Below are positions 44,801-57,214 of a stretch of DNA of 64,000 nucleotides, piece after piece. The notes under the pieces were generated by a model that saw nothing but the letters and a program-made list of their open reading frames with translations, was not told where the DNA came from and searched no databases. Origin of the DNA: an uncultured virus (IMG/VR IMGVR_UViG_3300023179_000090) (Duplodnaviria; Heunggongvirae; Uroviricota; Caudoviricetes; Demerecviridae); IMG/VR virus record IMGVR_UViG_3300023179_000090. One strand, given 5' to 3'. Each line of letters opens with the position of its first letter. The first letter of the stretch is position 1. A program made the position numbers and the translations under genes.

Positions 44801-47800
44801 TGTAGCTATATATCCAACAACTTTTAGTGAACAAAGTCCAGAATTAAGTCCTGGTGTATTAAATAATACATACTGGAAAAGAGTTACTAAGAGTGTACAA
44901 GGTGCACAAGGTATTCAAGGCCCTATAGGAATAAAGTGGCAGGGTACGTGGACAGCAGATAAATACTACTTTGTAAATGATGTAGTTTTATTTGATGGTA
45001 ATTCTTATATTAGTTTAGGAAATAGTAATCTTGGTAATACTCCTAATTCGTCTATTGATAATTGGGCTGTAATTACTAGTCGTGGTTTACAAGGTATACA
45101 AGGCTTTGAAGGTATACAAGGTCCAGTAGGTTTAATTGGTCAAGAAGGGCCACAAGGCGATCAGGGTATACAGGGTGTACAGGGTATTCGTGGTATGTAC
45201 GATGCTCAGGGTATACAAGGTGTACAAGGTATTGGTTTTGTTTGGCGTGGCGAATATAGTCCATATGCTAATTACTCAAAAAATCATGCCGTTAGTTACA
45301 ATGGTAGCGCTTGGGTAAGTATTAATAATAATATTACTACAGCATCTACTCCTGGTGAAGATAATGTTTATTGGCAACTAATTAGTAGTCAAGGTGTACA
45401 AGGACGTCAAGGTACTCAAGGTTTACGAGGTGCTTATGATGCTCAAGGTATACAAGGTCCACAAGGTATACAGGGTACTCAAGGTTTTGAAGGGTTACAA
45501 GGTTTTAAAGGAGAAGGTTTTGTATTTCGTGGTGAATATACTCAGTTTTATATAGGATATGTAAAAGATGATGTAGTATATTATCGTGGCAAAGCTTTTA
45601 TCTGTGTTAGCACTACACCTTTTCAAGAAGAAGCTCCTGAAATTAGTGATGGTGTAGTAAATACAGCATTTTGGAACTTACTAGTAGATCGTGGTATCCA
45701 AGGATTAACTGGAATTCAAGGATTACGTGGACCCCAAGGTGATCAAGGTTTACAAGGTTTACAAGGTATACAAGGTGCACAAGGTTATAGTATTTTATGG
45801 AAAGGTGATTGGAATTCCCAAACTAACTATCACATAAATGACGTAGTTTATTATCGTGGTAACAGTTATATAGCCATATATCCAGATAGTAATGTACCTC
45901 CTTATGGAATATTTTATGGACAAGTGCCAGAATTTCCAACTGGTTTAGTAAATACATTATACTGGCAGCGTATGACTGCACAGGGTGTGCAAGGCATACA
46001 GGGTATTCAAGGCTTAGATGGTATTAGTCATAATCAAGGCTTACAAGGTATACAAGGCGTACAAGGCCCGCAAGGCCCGCAAGGCTTACATGGAATGTAC
46101 GCAGGTCAAGGTGTACAGGGTACTCAAGGTCTTAAAGGTATACAAGGCATATTTGGACCTCAAGGTACACAAGGTATACAAGGTATAGTAGGTATTGGTT
46201 TTGAATGGCGTGGAGAATGGTTACCACAAAATCAATATGAAAAATATGATGTTATTAATTATAAAGGTGGTTGGTATGTAGCTCAGAACAATTACATATC
46301 AAATACACTCAATAATCCACAAATTATTAATACTCAAGGTACTATTGATTTTGATACTACAATAAATCAAAATTACCAAGTAGGTGATCCAATTTATGTA
46401 GTCGGTATTAATACTGGTAGTGGTGTGCTTGATGACTATAGTGAAAGTGGCAAAGTTTACTATATAGCAGCTTATTATCAATCTGCTAGTACAAATAATG
46501 GTCAAGTAATACCTGGCAGAAGTAGAATTATATTGGCCAAAGATCCACAAAGAACTCAGCCTGTTATAACTATTCCAGGAACACCGACTGGTAGTGGTTT
46601 ATTAAATGTACCTGGCATAGATAGAATAGTAGGAACTTCTACAGGACCAATTACTTTTACACTTCCTACCTATGTACCAGATATACATAATGATAAAAAT
46701 TATACATTAGACATAACATATAGATTATGGGATAGAGCAGTAAGTCAAGGTGTTCAAGGTTTACAAGGACCACAAGGCGTACAGGGTGTACAAGGTAATC
46801 TAGGTATACAAGGTAGCACTGGACAAGGTATACAGGGTACTAGAGGCTTTCAAGGTTTACAAGGTATACAAGGATTTACTGGTTTACAGGGTGTACAAGG
46901 CCTACAAGGTGCCCAAGGTGCCCAAGGTTTGCATGGAATGTATGCCGGTCAAGGCATTCAAGGACGTCAAGGTATACAGGGCATACAAGGTATAACAATA
47001 CAAGGTATTCGTGGATTCCAAGGATTACAAGGGTTTACTGGTAGCCAAGGTACTTTTGGTACTCAAGGCATACAAGGACGTCAAGGTACTCAAGGTTTAC
47101 GAGGTGCTTATGATGCTCAAGGTATTCAAGGTTCACAAGGTTGGCAAGGTATTCAAGGACCATTTGGTGCACAAGGCCGTCAAGGTCCACAAGGTTTAAT
47201 AGGTATACAAGGTATACAAGGCATACAAGGCAATCCAGGCGTACAAGGACTGCATGGACAATTTGCTGGGCAAGGTATACAGGGACGTCAAGGTATCCAA
47301 GGTAATCAAGGACGTCAAGGCGTTCAAGGCAGTATAGGGCGTCAAGGACCACAAGGTACTGGTGGTATACAAGGATTATTTGGTATACAAGGTTTTCAAG
47401 GTGTACAGGGACTAGACGGACAATATGCCGCACAAGGTATTAGAGGCTTTCAAGGTGTACAGGGTATACAAGGATCACAAAGTATACAAGGTACCAGAGG
47501 TTTTCAAGGTATAGCTGGTGGAGAAGGTTCCCAAGGTATACAAGGTGCTAGTGGTGCTGCTGCATTTATGGGTACTCCAGGTAGTCAAGGTGTACAAGGT
47601 ATAAAAGGTCAAGATGGTGTTATTGGTTCTAATGGTTCCCAAGGTATAGCGGGCACTCAAGGTGCTCAAGGTATTGCAGGTCAATATGCTGCACAAGGTA
47701 TTCAAGGTCCACAAGGTTATGGCTCACAAGGTACATTAGGTGAACGCGGTACACAAGGTATACAAGGTTTAACCGGAGCTTTTGCTGCACAAGGTATACA

Positions 47801-50800
47801 AGGTACACAAGGTTTACAAGGTCCTCCAGGAACTGGTACACAAGGTATTGCAGGTCAATATGCTGCACAAGGTGTACAAGGTGTACAGGGTGTACAGGGT
47901 CCTCCAGGAGCTGGAGCACAAGGTAGTAGTGGTGCTGCAGTTTTCCAAGGTTCACAGGGTGTACAAGGTGCTCAAGGTGCCCAAGGTACTATTGGTAAAG
48001 GTATTGATTGGACAGGTACTTATAATGCTAATAGAGTATATAAACTTGGCGAAGCAGTACACTATGATGGAGGCAGTTATGTAGCAGTTTATCCATTAGA
48101 GTTCCAAAATGAAGCTCCAAAATTAACAGTTGGAGGAGCAACAAATACTATATATTGGAATCTACTTGTACAAGCAACTCAGGGTACTCAAGGTACTTTT
48201 GGTAATCAAGGTGTACAAGGTATACGTGGTGCTTATGATGCTCAAGGTGTACAAGGACCGGCTGGTAGTAATGGTACAAATGGTAGTCAAGGTATCCAAG
48301 GTACTCAAGGTATCCAAGGTTTAGATGGACAATATGTTGCTCAAGGTATTCAAGGTCGTCAAGGTATTCAAGGTGGCGGAGGTTCACAGGGTGTTCAAGG
48401 TACAAAAGGTTTACAGGGTAGTATAGGTGCTGATTTATCAAATGTAGCACAAAATATTATACCAAGTGTTGATCTTGTATTTGACCTAGGAAGTCCTTCA
48501 CGTCGTTGGAGAGAACTATGGCTTAGTGGTTCAACCATTTATCTTGGCGGAACTAAACTTGGTACTGATCCTAGTACAGGAGCAATTACACTTCCTAGTG
48601 GAACTACAATTGGTGGCGTTAATCCTGGTACTATAACTATTAAAGGTAGTAAAAATAGTCCTGGAGATTTACCTACAAATAATTTAGAGCCTGGTGATAG
48701 TTGGATAATTCAAGGTTATTTATGGGTTTGGACAACTACTAACTGGGTTAATGTAGGTAAAATAGAAGGCCCGCAGGGTACACAGGGTACGCAAGGGGTG
48801 CAAGGACCTACTGGATTAATTGGAATACAAGGAGATCTTGGTGTACAAGGTATTCAAGGTCTAGATGGTGCATTTGCTGCTCAAGGTATTCAAGGTATTC
48901 AAGGTGATTTTGGTATCCAAGGTATTCAGGGTATCCCAGGACAATATGCTGCTCAAGGTATACAAGGTATACAAGGTAATCTAGGTATTCAAGGAGATTT
49001 AGGTCCACAAGGTACGCAAGGTTTACGTGGTGCCTATGATGCACAAGGTATTCAAGGTACAATAGGTAGTCAAGGTGCACAAGGATTTATTGGTGCCATA
49101 GGATCTATAGGTACACAAGGTGTACAAGGTACAATCGGTATCCAAGGTATTAGCGGACCACCAGGACCTATAGGTAATCAAGGTACTCAAGGTGTACAAG
49201 GCACTACTGGCAGTCAAGGAACTCAAGGAACTATAGGTAGTCAAGGCGTACAAGGTCTACATGGTCAATATGCTGGTCAAGGCGTACAAGGTATACAAGG
49301 TAATTTAGGATTACAGGGCGTTCAAGGTGTACAAGGTCTACCAGGACAATATGCTGCTCAAGGTATACAGGGATCACAAGGTGTCCAAGGTGTCCAAGGT
49401 ATGCTTGGATGGCAAGGTTTAGCAGGTGAATATGCTGGCCAAGGTATTCAAGGTATTCAAGGTGACTTTGGTATACAAGGTATACAAGGTGCTTTAGGGC
49501 CTGTAGGTAATACTGGTGTACAAGGTAGAACAGGTAGTCAGGGTATATTTGGACCTACTGGACCTGTAGGTAGTCAGGGTACAACTGGTGCTCAAGGTAT
49601 AACTGGTACACAAGGTGCTTTAGGTATACAAGGAGCTGCTGGATATATAGGAGCAGATGGTACACAAGGTGTTCAAGGTACTCAAGGTATCATTGGTATT
49701 CAGGGTGCACAAGGAAATACTGGTAATCAAGGTATTCAAGGATTACATGGTGAATACGCTGGTCAAGGCGTACAAGGTATTCAAGGTAATTTGGGATCAC
49801 AAGGTATACAGGGTGATATAGGTTTATATGGTCCTCAAGGTGTACAAGGTATACAAGGATTACCTGGTCAATTTGCAGCTCAAGGTATTCAAGGTTCGGC
49901 AGGTGGTGCTGGAATACAAGGTGCTGCTGGAATAGGTTTCACAGTATCAAAAGTTTATAGTAGTATCTCTGCTTTAGCTACTGATGTTAGTCCAACAGGA
50001 ATATATGCCGGACAATTTGCACTTATTGATACTGGTGATATTAATAATCCAGATAATGCTAAATTGTTTTTATGGAATGGTACTGCTTATCAATACATAA
50101 ATGATTTATCTGGTTCTGCTGGTATACAAGGTATTGCAGGAAGTAATGGTGCACAAGGTATTCAAGGTACTACAGGAATTGGCATACAGGGTATTCAAGG
50201 TAGTACTGGTATACAAGGTATTGCAGGAAGTAATGGTGCACAAGGTATTCAAGGTACTACAGGAATTGGCATACAGGGTATTCAAGGTAGTGCAGGCTAT
50301 ATAGGTGCTGATGGTGCTCAAGGTATTCAAGGTGCTGCTGGAATAGGTTTCACAGTATCAAAAGTTTATAGTAGTATCTCTGCTTTAGCTACTGATGTTA
50401 GTCCAACAGGAATATATGCCGGACAATTTGCACTTATTGATACTGGTGATATTAATAATCCAGATAATGCTAAATTGTTTTTATGGAATGGTACTGCTTA
50501 TCAATACATAAATGATTTATCTGGTTCTGCTGGTATACAAGGTATTGCAGGAAGTAATGGTGCACAAGGTATTCAAGGTACTACAGGAATTGGCATACAG
50601 GGTATTCAAGGTAGTGCAGGCTATATAGGTGCTGATGGTGCTCAAGGTATTCAAGGTATTACAGGAAGTGGCACACAAGGCGTACAAGGCGTACAAGGTA
50701 TAATTGGTGAACAAGGCTATGCCGCAGGATTACCATACATATTTAATTCTAGCACAGTAGCAGAAGATCCTAGTAGTGGCAGAATTAGATTTAATAATAG

Positions 50801-52424
50801 CACAGTACAATTTGTATCACAAATAATTATAGATATAAATACTGCTACAAATAGAAATGTAGATGATTATATAATATCTTGGAATAATTCTACTTCTAGT
50901 GTTAAAGGCCACTTATTAATAAAATCTAATCAAAACTTAGATAATACACTATTAGTATTTGAAGTAAATAGTGTACAAGATTTAACAGGTTATAATATAG
51001 TTAATGTAACCTATGTATCTGGAGCACTGCCAGATAATGATGAGTTATGTGTAGTAGAATTTTATAGAGCTGGTGATAGTGGAACACAAGGTATAGCTGG
51101 TAGTGGTGGTGGTACTGCTAATATAGCTATTTTTGATGAAGGTATTCAATTAACATCTTCGGTAAATAGTATTAATTTTACAGGTCCTGGTATTACTGCT
51201 ACAAATTCTGGCAGCAGTGTTACTGTTACTGTTACAGCTACTGGCACAGGAGGTGGAGGAGGCGGAACTCTAGCACCATGGGCTAAAAAGACTAGTAATT
51301 ATACTGCAGTTAATGGTGATAGATTAATAGCTGATACAACTGGTGGTATTTTTACAATTACATTACCAGCAACACCAACAGTAGGTGATTACGTAGTTAT
51401 TACTGATGGCGCTAATTTTAATACAAATAATTTAATTGTAGATAGAAATAATTCAACAATAGAAGGTATAGCTGATAACTTTTATTTGGATATTCCTGGA
51501 ACAAGCTTTGAGTTTATATATAATGCAACAACTTGGTTAGTAACAGCTACATCTGGCCCTACTGGTATACAAGGTGTACAAGGATATGCTGGTTATGTGG
51601 GCATGGATGGTCCACAAGGATTACAAGGATTAGCAGGTATTTTTGCTGGTCAAGGTATACAAGGATTACAGGGCATACAAGGAATTCAAAGCATACAAGG
51701 ATTGCAGGGCATACAAGGAACTCAAAGCATACAAGGTATGCAAGGTTTACAGGGTACTCAAGGCTTTGTAGGTAATCCAGGTATACAGGGTATTGCAGGT
51801 CAATATGCTGCACAAGGTATACAAGGTGTTCAAGGACGCGGGGGTTCACAGGGTCTTCAAGGTGGTCAAGGATTAGCTGGTCAATACGCTGCACAAGGTA
51901 TACAAGGCACACAAGGTTGGCAAGGCATTCAAGGTAATTTTGGTGTTCAAGGTATACAGGGTATTCCAGGCTCATATGCCGCGCAAGGCATACAAGGTAG
52001 CCAAGGTATACAAGGATCACTAGGGTTGCAAGGACTAGCTGGTCAATATGCTGCACAAGGCATACAAGGAGTACAAGGTGGTCAAGGTGCTAATGTATAT
52101 TTGGAACGACACTATACTTATCCAGGAACATTATCACTAAGTACTGGTACTTCTAGATGGTGGAGTATTAGTAATACTAGTATTACTAAAATATCTGCCA
52201 GAGTTTCTACTGCTCCAACTGGTTCTAGTATTATAGCATATGTTAAAAATAATGGTGCTGTAGTGCACACTATAAATGTTGCATCAGGATCAAATTCAGT
52301 TGTTAGTAGTAATTTAAATATAGTTATTTCTGAAGGCGATTATATTACTATAGATATAGTAGCAGTAGGAACTTCAGTAACTGGTTCTGATTTGGTAATA
52401 AGCTTTTTATATTTAAGGACATAG
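41892..52424 (+). CDS. giant collagen-like tail fibre (Gly-X-Gln repeats interspersed with small aromatic beta modules)
   Basis: Hundreds of G-X-Q triplets; repeated W.G.Y....Y..ND.V.YNGSS[YF] modules. Confidence 0.85.
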   Translation: MTTSTVVTSTGNTVIIEDLQQQTVIGGYLGIQGVQGVQGFPGIPGDFAGQGVQGAQGIQGPQGTQGVQGRQGVQGLQGLQGLQGNQGTQGLALTWRGPYNPSAIYNKNDAIYFNGSSFVAVFNLPFMNESPELAFGTTNVIYWNRMVQGAQGADGSIGIQGFPGTQGTQGFGLQGIQGLIGPRGYNPGIVYQWSTSINESDPGTGRVRFNNQNLLDVTEIYFDILDHSRVNQGAWYESFNQSTSGPVKGLLYFKSIDSLNSAVAVFEVLDTQDNTDWYSITVNYLTGNWSYLVALNELITVTFVPSGVQGVQGIQGLLGKSLSWMGVYNFNTTYELNASVTYNGSSYVSIAPVPAGVSPEISPGVVNSAYWSLTNSQGIQGTRGFQGLQGIQGFTGLQGFTGLQGAQGIQGNRGLRGGILYRFETSTSMIQAPSAGRFKFNVPPLNVFNGQSRASEITQIAIHPYSWEGIDVTGWIGNFTQNPVHPVAGQLIIQPDNNLFTASISNPLLLTNDYLIFNVTGSSQEIEYDQLGNATIFYKLQVQYLAGKADNFIAGSTSGAVCSLFYANTGAQGTQGIQGLQGIQGLQGIQGQVGGFGGASFDYTFDNATIESSPNSGNLRFNNLVLANVTKMYISKQQDGPFSIEQFLYTISLSTSTIKGHFRIGPKNNPSAFAMFTVDSIVDSATYYTVNCTYLTATGATFVNGDDVIITFARTGDKGDQGIQGVQGTQGIQGVQGLLGPGLKWRGTYDFTAYYQRDDVVYFNGNSFICIYNGLFQEEAPEFSPGVLNTTYWNRLTAQGMQGTQGIQGLQGLQGLQGIQGDQGLQGIQGVQGLQGLGFVWRNLWSPSVTYYVNQVVIYNGHVWINTVNGNFGLEPDQPGSNWSIMVSQGLQGLQGLQGLQGPQGLQGPQGLQGIQGLDGISHNQGLQGIQGVQGPQGVQGPIGVAFKGEYSNAAFYDTNDVVFYISDSYVAIYPTTFSEQSPELSPGVLNNTYWKRVTKSVQGAQGIQGPIGIKWQGTWTADKYYFVNDVVLFDGNSYISLGNSNLGNTPNSSIDNWAVITSRGLQGIQGFEGIQGPVGLIGQEGPQGDQGIQGVQGIRGMYDAQGIQGVQGIGFVWRGEYSPYANYSKNHAVSYNGSAWVSINNNITTASTPGEDNVYWQLISSQGVQGRQGTQGLRGAYDAQGIQGPQGIQGTQGFEGLQGFKGEGFVFRGEYTQFYIGYVKDDVVYYRGKAFICVSTTPFQEEAPEISDGVVNTAFWNLLVDRGIQGLTGIQGLRGPQGDQGLQGLQGIQGAQGYSILWKGDWNSQTNYHINDVVYYRGNSYIAIYPDSNVPPYGIFYGQVPEFPTGLVNTLYWQRMTAQGVQGIQGIQGLDGISHNQGLQGIQGVQGPQGPQGLHGMYAGQGVQGTQGLKGIQGIFGPQGTQGIQGIVGIGFEWRGEWLPQNQYEKYDVINYKGGWYVAQNNYISNTLNNPQIINTQGTIDFDTTINQNYQVGDPIYVVGINTGSGVLDDYSESGKVYYIAAYYQSASTNNGQVIPGRSRIILAKDPQRTQPVITIPGTPTGSGLLNVPGIDRIVGTSTGPITFTLPTYVPDIHNDKNYTLDITYRLWDRAVSQGVQGLQGPQGVQGVQGNLGIQGSTGQGIQGTRGFQGLQGIQGFTGLQGVQGLQGAQGAQGLHGMYAGQGIQGRQGIQGIQGITIQGIRGFQGLQGFTGSQGTFGTQGIQGRQGTQGLRGAYDAQGIQGSQGWQGIQGPFGAQGRQGPQGLIGIQGIQGIQGNPGVQGLHGQFAGQGIQGRQGIQGNQGRQGVQGSIGRQGPQGTGGIQGLFGIQGFQGVQGLDGQYAAQGIRGFQGVQGIQGSQSIQGTRGFQGIAGGEGSQGIQGASGAAAFMGTPGSQGVQGIKGQDGVIGSNGSQGIAGTQGAQGIAGQYAAQGIQGPQGYGSQGTLGERGTQGIQGLTGAFAAQGIQGTQGLQGPPGTGTQGIAGQYAAQGVQGVQGVQGPPGAGAQGSSGAAVFQGSQGVQGAQGAQGTIGKGIDWTGTYNANRVYKLGEAVHYDGGSYVAVYPLEFQNEAPKLTVGGATNTIYWNLLVQATQGTQGTFGNQGVQGIRGAYDAQGVQGPAGSNGTNGSQGIQGTQGIQGLDGQYVAQGIQGRQGIQGGGGSQGVQGTKGLQGSIGADLSNVAQNIIPSVDLVFDLGSPSRRWRELWLSGSTIYLGGTKLGTDPSTGAITLPSGTTIGGVNPGTITIKGSKNSPGDLPTNNLEPGDSWIIQGYLWVWTTTNWVNVGKIEGPQGTQGTQGVQGPTGLIGIQGDLGVQGIQGLDGAFAAQGIQGIQGDFGIQGIQGIPGQYAAQGIQGIQGNLGIQGDLGPQGTQGLRGAYDAQGIQGTIGSQGAQGFIGAIGSIGTQGVQGTIGIQGISGPPGPIGNQGTQGVQGTTGSQGTQGTIGSQGVQGLHGQYAGQGVQGIQGNLGLQGVQGVQGLPGQYAAQGIQGSQGVQGVQGMLGWQGLAGEYAGQGIQGIQGDFGIQGIQGALGPVGNTGVQGRTGSQGIFGPTGPVGSQGTTGAQGITGTQGALGIQGAAGYIGADGTQGVQGTQGIIGIQGAQGNTGNQGIQGLHGEYAGQGVQGIQGNLGSQGIQGDIGLYGPQGVQGIQGLPGQFAAQGIQGSAGGAGIQGAAGIGFTVSKVYSSISALATDVSPTGIYAGQFALIDTGDINNPDNAKLFLWNGTAYQYINDLSGSAGIQGIAGSNGAQGIQGTTGIGIQGIQGSTGIQGIAGSNGAQGIQGTTGIGIQGIQGSAGYIGADGAQGIQGAAGIGFTVSKVYSSISALATDVSPTGIYAGQFALIDTGDINNPDNAKLFLWNGTAYQYINDLSGSAGIQGIAGSNGAQGIQGTTGIGIQGIQGSAGYIGADGAQGIQGITGSGTQGVQGVQGIIGEQGYAAGLPYIFNSSTVAEDPSSGRIRFNNSTVQFVSQIIIDINTATNRNVDDYIISWNNSTSSVKGHLLIKSNQNLDNTLLVFEVNSVQDLTGYNIVNVTYVSGALPDNDELCVVEFYRAGDSGTQGIAGSGGGTANIAIFDEGIQLTSSVNSINFTGPGITATNSGSSVTVTVTATGTGGGGGGTLAPWAKKTSNYTAVNGDRLIADTTGGIFTITLPATPTVGDYVVITDGANFNTNNLIVDRNNSTIEGIADNFYLDIPGTSFEFIYNATTWLVTATSGPTGIQGVQGYAGYVGMDGPQGLQGLAGIFAGQGIQGLQGIQGIQSIQGLQGIQGTQSIQGMQGLQGTQGFVGNPGIQGIAGQYAAQGIQGVQGRGGSQGLQGGQGLAGQYAAQGIQGTQGWQGIQGNFGVQGIQGIPGSYAAQGIQGSQGIQGSLGLQGLAGQYAAQGIQGVQGGQGANVYLERHYTYPGTLSLSTGTSRWWSISNTSITKISARVSTAPTGSSIIAYVKNNGAVVHTINVASGSNSVVSSNLNIVISEGDYITIDIVAVGTSVTGSDLVISFLYLRT
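49917..50657 (+). repeat. identical intragenic tandem duplication
   Basis: 49917-50204 equals 50328-50615; 50206-50333 equals 50530-50657; includes a nested repeat of about 87 bp. Confidence 0.9.
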
Positions 52425-52652
52425 ATGATAACCACAAATTTTAATAATGGCACACTAGAAGTATATAAAAATGGTCAGTGTATCATAAGTCAACCATTTA
52501 AGCCCACTAGTACTGGTCAACAACCTAACTGGGAAAACGAAGCCGAAGCATTAGAATGGTGGAATAGTATAAAAGAGCCTTATGAATATGAGCCACCACC
52601 AATTGAATTAACCAAAGAATCGTCTACACCATCTACAGAAGGAGCTCAATAA
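52425..52652 (+). CDS. small protein, possible fibre assembly chaperone
   Basis: QPFKP..GQQPNWENEAEALEW motif; immediately follows the fibre gene. Confidence 0.55.
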   Translation: MITTNFNNGTLEVYKNGQCIISQPFKPTSTGQQPNWENEAEALEWWNSIKEPYEYEPPPIELTKESSTPSTEGAQ

Positions 52653-54973
52653 TGGCACTAATAGCTAGGTCACGAATAGGTAATAGATATCCTTCTTTAT
52701 GGGTAGATCCTGATCCTACTAAAAATAGAGTATTTATAGACACATATGCTTATGATTTAACTACACTGGCTCCTAGAGCTAATGAGCAATTTATGTGGCA
52801 AGATAGACGTGGAATTTTTAATACTAATAGTTCAACATTTAATAATCCTGATGCTTTTACACCTATTCAAACAGGATTTATGGATGCCAATGCTTGGGCA
52901 GACGGTCATCAAACTGAGCATGCCAAAATTGGCATATTTGATCTTTGGCAATGTAGCCTAGATTATCAAAACTATAAGCCCACACGTATTTGGCGAACAG
53001 CACAAAATAGAATCTTATGTACATATCCTAGACTTGCTGACACTAACTATCAGTATATGGATTGGTGGATGGGTTTTGATATGTCTAAGAAGTCACAGGC
53101 ATACATATTTCAAAGTGAAATGTCGCTGGCTTATCTATTTGAGCATGTAGATAGTAGAAATTTTAATGCGACTAGTTGGAGCTATAGCACAACTACAATT
53201 ACTGTTAACCTTAATAACCATGGCCTATACTATGGCGATAGAATAACAGTTACTGGTGCTGTAATGACTAGTGGCACAAATGCACCTAATGGCGAATATA
53301 TTATTACACAAGCAACTGATGCTAATAGTTTTCAATTTACAGTAGGTACAGCACCTACTGGTACAGCTGCAGGTACTATGAATATTGTCTGTACTACACG
53401 CAGAGCCTGGGGATTTAGACATAAGGCCAGTAGTAGTGCATATACAAATGGTGGTATGAGTTTTGACATGATCCAAGGCTATGACTATTTATTAGGTGAT
53501 AATAATGGTAGCGGTTATGGAATGTTTAAAGGACAAGCTGGAGCAAGTAGACCTTATACATTAAATGAAACTAATGAAGGCGGTCAAAAGTTTTTTATTG
53601 GTAAAGATACTGCTAACACATATGCTTATGTAGTTCATGTAAATACAGCTAGTACTGGTGTAACTTCACAAACTGGTGATAGTCCGTATGTAATTAAAAG
53701 ATATTTGTTGACCACAGGTCAAGCAACAGCAACAACAGTACTAGCAGCTACAAAACCAACAGGCACAATGCTAGTAAATACGATTACTATGTGTCCAAGT
53801 AATTTACGTATTGATAGCGCTTCACGAAGAGTATTTTATAGCAGCCATTATAGATCTACTGATCAGGCTCCAATGAGATTTGTTGTAGATATAGAAGCCG
53901 GCACAGCTGTCGCTACTCAATGCTCACTAACCTATCCTAGTGGAACCACTTATGCAACCTATGCAACAGTTCCTACTAGTAGTAGTTATGGCATCTATGG
54001 GTATAATACTTGGTGGAGCAAACCACATCAGTGGACCCAAAGCGGTGTTAGATATATAACTTTTTGCACACATGATAAATATTTTTGGGCTAGTACAGCA
54101 AGATTTCCTACTAGACTAGCACGCACTTGGTTAACATTTACAATTGGTGCTAGTACAGGCGATGATATTTTAACTTTTCACAGTGCTATAACTTTTGAAA
54201 ATGCTTCTGATTTCCCACTTAGTTGGATGCCTTACACTCAAACTGGTGAAAAATTAGTAATTGTTAGTACAACAAATACTAGTGTTTGGACATTTACACC
54301 TACAAACCAAACTGCTACAAGCTGGAATTTTTCTACAAGTGGCAGCGTATCAACAGTTACAGTTACTTTAGCTAATCATGGATATAAAGTAGGCGATAGA
54401 ATTACTACTAGTGGTACTACTGCTACAAGTAATACTCCAAATGGAACATATCAAGTATTGAGTGTACCTAGTACTAGTACTTTTACATTTAACTGTGATA
54501 CTAATAATACTGGCGTAATTACTGGAACTGCTGGTGGCACAATGTCAGTTCGTAGTGGTTGGCAACAAACTTTTGCTAGTGGAATTAGAGCTCGCGGATA
54601 TGGTGTTGACAGCTTAGGTAGATTATGGGTAGGTACAGCAACTACAGGTATAGGTAATACTGAAATACACTTGTTAAAAGAAAATACACCTTATAAAATA
54701 GTTATTAATTTTCAAAATCCAGTAGCCAGTAGCGTAAATACTTTTGAATATACTGGATCAACTACTAGTACAAACATACTAGTTAGTGCTTATAATATTA
54801 GTGGAAGTAGAATGGCTACTAAATTAACACTAACTATTAAAAGTGGCAATATGACATTTACAGGTAGTTTTCTTTCATTAAATGTAACAACAAGTGCTGC
54901 TGGAGATATTAGTGTTCCAGTTATTATTACTGGACCAGGACAGGTTTTAATTTCAACTACTACGGTGGCCTAA
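52652..54973 (+). CDS. virion / tail-associated protein, paralog A
   Basis: Shares DP.P.KNRVFI, PSN, RVFYSSHY, WW.KPH and RGYGVDS.GR with the next paralogs; two inserted TVT..NHG...GDRIT modules. Confidence 0.7.
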   Translation: MALIARSRIGNRYPSLWVDPDPTKNRVFIDTYAYDLTTLAPRANEQFMWQDRRGIFNTNSSTFNNPDAFTPIQTGFMDANAWADGHQTEHAKIGIFDLWQCSLDYQNYKPTRIWRTAQNRILCTYPRLADTNYQYMDWWMGFDMSKKSQAYIFQSEMSLAYLFEHVDSRNFNATSWSYSTTTITVNLNNHGLYYGDRITVTGAVMTSGTNAPNGEYIITQATDANSFQFTVGTAPTGTAAGTMNIVCTTRRAWGFRHKASSSAYTNGGMSFDMIQGYDYLLGDNNGSGYGMFKGQAGASRPYTLNETNEGGQKFFIGKDTANTYAYVVHVNTASTGVTSQTGDSPYVIKRYLLTTGQATATTVLAATKPTGTMLVNTITMCPSNLRIDSASRRVFYSSHYRSTDQAPMRFVVDIEAGTAVATQCSLTYPSGTTYATYATVPTSSSYGIYGYNTWWSKPHQWTQSGVRYITFCTHDKYFWASTARFPTRLARTWLTFTIGASTGDDILTFHSAITFENASDFPLSWMPYTQTGEKLVIVSTTNTSVWTFTPTNQTATSWNFSTSGSVSTVTVTLANHGYKVGDRITTSGTTATSNTPNGTYQVLSVPSTSTFTFNCDTNNTGVITGTAGGTMSVRSGWQQTFASGIRARGYGVDSLGRLWVGTATTGIGNTEIHLLKENTPYKIVINFQNPVASSVNTFEYTGSTTSTNILVSAYNISGSRMATKLTLTIKSGNMTFTGSFLSLNVTTSAAGDISVPVIITGPGQVLISTTTVA

Positions 54974-54974
54974 T

Positions 54975-56792
54975 ATGACTGCTAGATTATTAAATCACCT
55001 TATTATGACTAATGGTACTGGTGGTGAATATATTATAGAAGATCCGGACTTATCAAAGAATCGTATTTTTATACAAAATCAAGCATATAATACTACTGAT
55101 CTTAAACCAAATAGTGGAGAACAGTTTCTTCATCAGACTCAATCATTAACTGAAGGTAGTGCAGCTAGTTTATATACACAGCCATATGTAGTTACTAATA
55201 ATAAATTTTATTATGGTTATGTATATGGTAATACTGATTTTCAAGCACTTTCTGGATTATTTGATCCTTGGATTACAAGTTTAGATTATGAAAGACTTCC
55301 AGGTAGACATTCTGTTCAGTGTAGATCAGGAATAATACATCTACAAACTTATTATGACTTACAAACTAACGCTCCCAGAACTACTTTTTGGGAGGGTTAT
55401 GATATGAATGGTCCATCTACTTATCCAGCACAAATTTATGGTGGAGTTTTAACACTATATTATGAAGATCCCTATAATGTAAATACTTGGTATGGTATAA
55501 ACTATCAACATACTAGTAGTGGACAGGTCGCTAATAATTATATAGGTAAATTAAGAATTACGCCTAGTGGTCCAAGTTGGTCTACTACTGGTGGTGATAG
55601 GGGTAGTGGAAATTATCAAAATCATATGTTCTTTTTAGGCGTAAATACTGATAGTTCGGCTATGTGGTTAGAGTTAGATGGAAATACTAGTAATATCTCA
55701 CTACATAAACAAACTAGTAGTAATGTAACTTATAATACATTTAACTGGATCCATCCAGGTATGCCTCAGTGGCATTATCAGTATCCTAGTAATATACGTC
55801 ACGATACTGATACAAGAAAAGTATTTTATCAAGGTGGCTGGAATAATTTTGATGCTAGTTTTCAAATAGCAGATGAATATAAAGAAATAATGTTTCATAG
55901 ATTTATATGGAACCCAATAACTGGATTGATGGATGTAAAAAGATGTACTGTAAATTGGCCTAGTAATACATATTCTTTTACCTATGCGAGAACTGTAAGA
56001 TGGGAACCAAGTTGGCACAATAAATATTATAATAATTGGTACTATAAACCACATCAGTTTACAGTAGGTAATAGAAATTATATAACATATATATATGCAG
56101 ATAAAACTGCTTATAATTACTACACATATAGAACACATTATAACCGTAGAGAATTAGGACCTAGATGGGTAACTTTTATACTAGGTATACAAGAAAATGA
56201 TGATCAACTAACATATCATAGTTCTATAGGTTGGGATCAAGCAAGAAACTATCCAAGATATTGGATGCCTATTAATAGTGCTGGTAATCAAATGGTAATA
56301 TGTAAACGTGATAGTACTTCAACACTTACATTTGATAGTGATTTAGGTTGGATGGAGCACGATACAGAAGATTTATCAATGCGATCTATAGCACAAGACG
56401 GTTCGGGAAGAATTTATATAATTACTGGTGGTGCTAATAACTATCAAGATACTACTAGTGAACAATACGATCAAAATAATGGATATGGATATAATAGAAT
56501 TTGGGAATATATACCAAATAGTCCTATTGCTATAAGAGCAGTAGCAGCATCATCTACTTATACCTATAGTGGAGTACCTATAATTACATCATTATCTGCA
56601 ACCGCCAGAAATTCTCTAAAAGATACACTTATAGCAACCACAATTAAACTAGTAATAAATGGTACTATGGCACAATTTAGTAATGGTACTAATTCCATTA
56701 TAGTTACTACTAGTTCATCTGGAGCAATCACTATTCCATTTACCATTTTAGGAGCTGGGCAGCCGACAATAAGTGCCCATGTAATAGTATGA
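54975..56792 (+). CDS. virion / tail-associated protein, paralog B
   Basis: EDPDLSKNRIFI, YPSN, RKVFY, WYYKPHQF and QDGSGRIY motifs. Confidence 0.7.
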   Translation: MTARLLNHLIMTNGTGGEYIIEDPDLSKNRIFIQNQAYNTTDLKPNSGEQFLHQTQSLTEGSAASLYTQPYVVTNNKFYYGYVYGNTDFQALSGLFDPWITSLDYERLPGRHSVQCRSGIIHLQTYYDLQTNAPRTTFWEGYDMNGPSTYPAQIYGGVLTLYYEDPYNVNTWYGINYQHTSSGQVANNYIGKLRITPSGPSWSTTGGDRGSGNYQNHMFFLGVNTDSSAMWLELDGNTSNISLHKQTSSNVTYNTFNWIHPGMPQWHYQYPSNIRHDTDTRKVFYQGGWNNFDASFQIADEYKEIMFHRFIWNPITGLMDVKRCTVNWPSNTYSFTYARTVRWEPSWHNKYYNNWYYKPHQFTVGNRNYITYIYADKTAYNYYTYRTHYNRRELGPRWVTFILGIQENDDQLTYHSSIGWDQARNYPRYWMPINSAGNQMVICKRDSTSTLTFDSDLGWMEHDTEDLSMRSIAQDGSGRIYIITGGANNYQDTTSEQYDQNNGYGYNRIWEYIPNSPIAIRAVAASSTYTYSGVPIITSLSATARNSLKDTLIATTIKLVINGTMAQFSNGTNSIIVTTSSSGAITIPFTILGAGQPTISAHVIV

Positions 56793-57211
56793 AACAAAAC
56801 TGGGAAGGATTAGATTGGTTTCCGGATATATTACGCATATCGGAGGAATTAAAAAGTCCTCCAGTAATTCCTGACAGTAGTCACAAAGGTCAAACATTTA
56901 TAGATCAAGACGTGTTTGATAATAGAGATGTTTTTGATACTACAGAAATTTTTTTAAAAATAAGTTCGGTAAGTAGAGGAGTAATACCAAGAGTAGCAAT
57001 ACCTATAATAGGTTCTTATTCTTCAGGAACACAAACAAATTTAATGCCATTAGAACAATTGCGTGTTTATAAAGCTACAAATGACATGGATAATACATAT
57101 TACATGCAAAATAATAATGTACTATCAAATTTAAATATATTAAATGATCAAAAAGTAGTAGATGAAATTCCTACATTAATTTCTAATGCTACATTACCAT
57201 TTTGGGGTTAA
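56789..57211 (+). CDS. hypothetical protein
   Basis: ATGA-coupled within the operon. Confidence 0.65.
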   Translation: MKQNWEGLDWFPDILRISEELKSPPVIPDSSHKGQTFIDQDVFDNRDVFDTTEIFLKISSVSRGVIPRVAIPIIGSYSSGTQTNLMPLEQLRVYKATNDMDNTYYMQNNNVLSNLNILNDQKVVDEIPTLISNATLPFWG

Positions 57212-57214
57212 AAT

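Noticed and set aside
41962..52056. Many short alternative-frame and antisense ORFs in the collagen gene
   Set aside because: Low-complexity shadows of the CAAGGT repeat, with no RBS.
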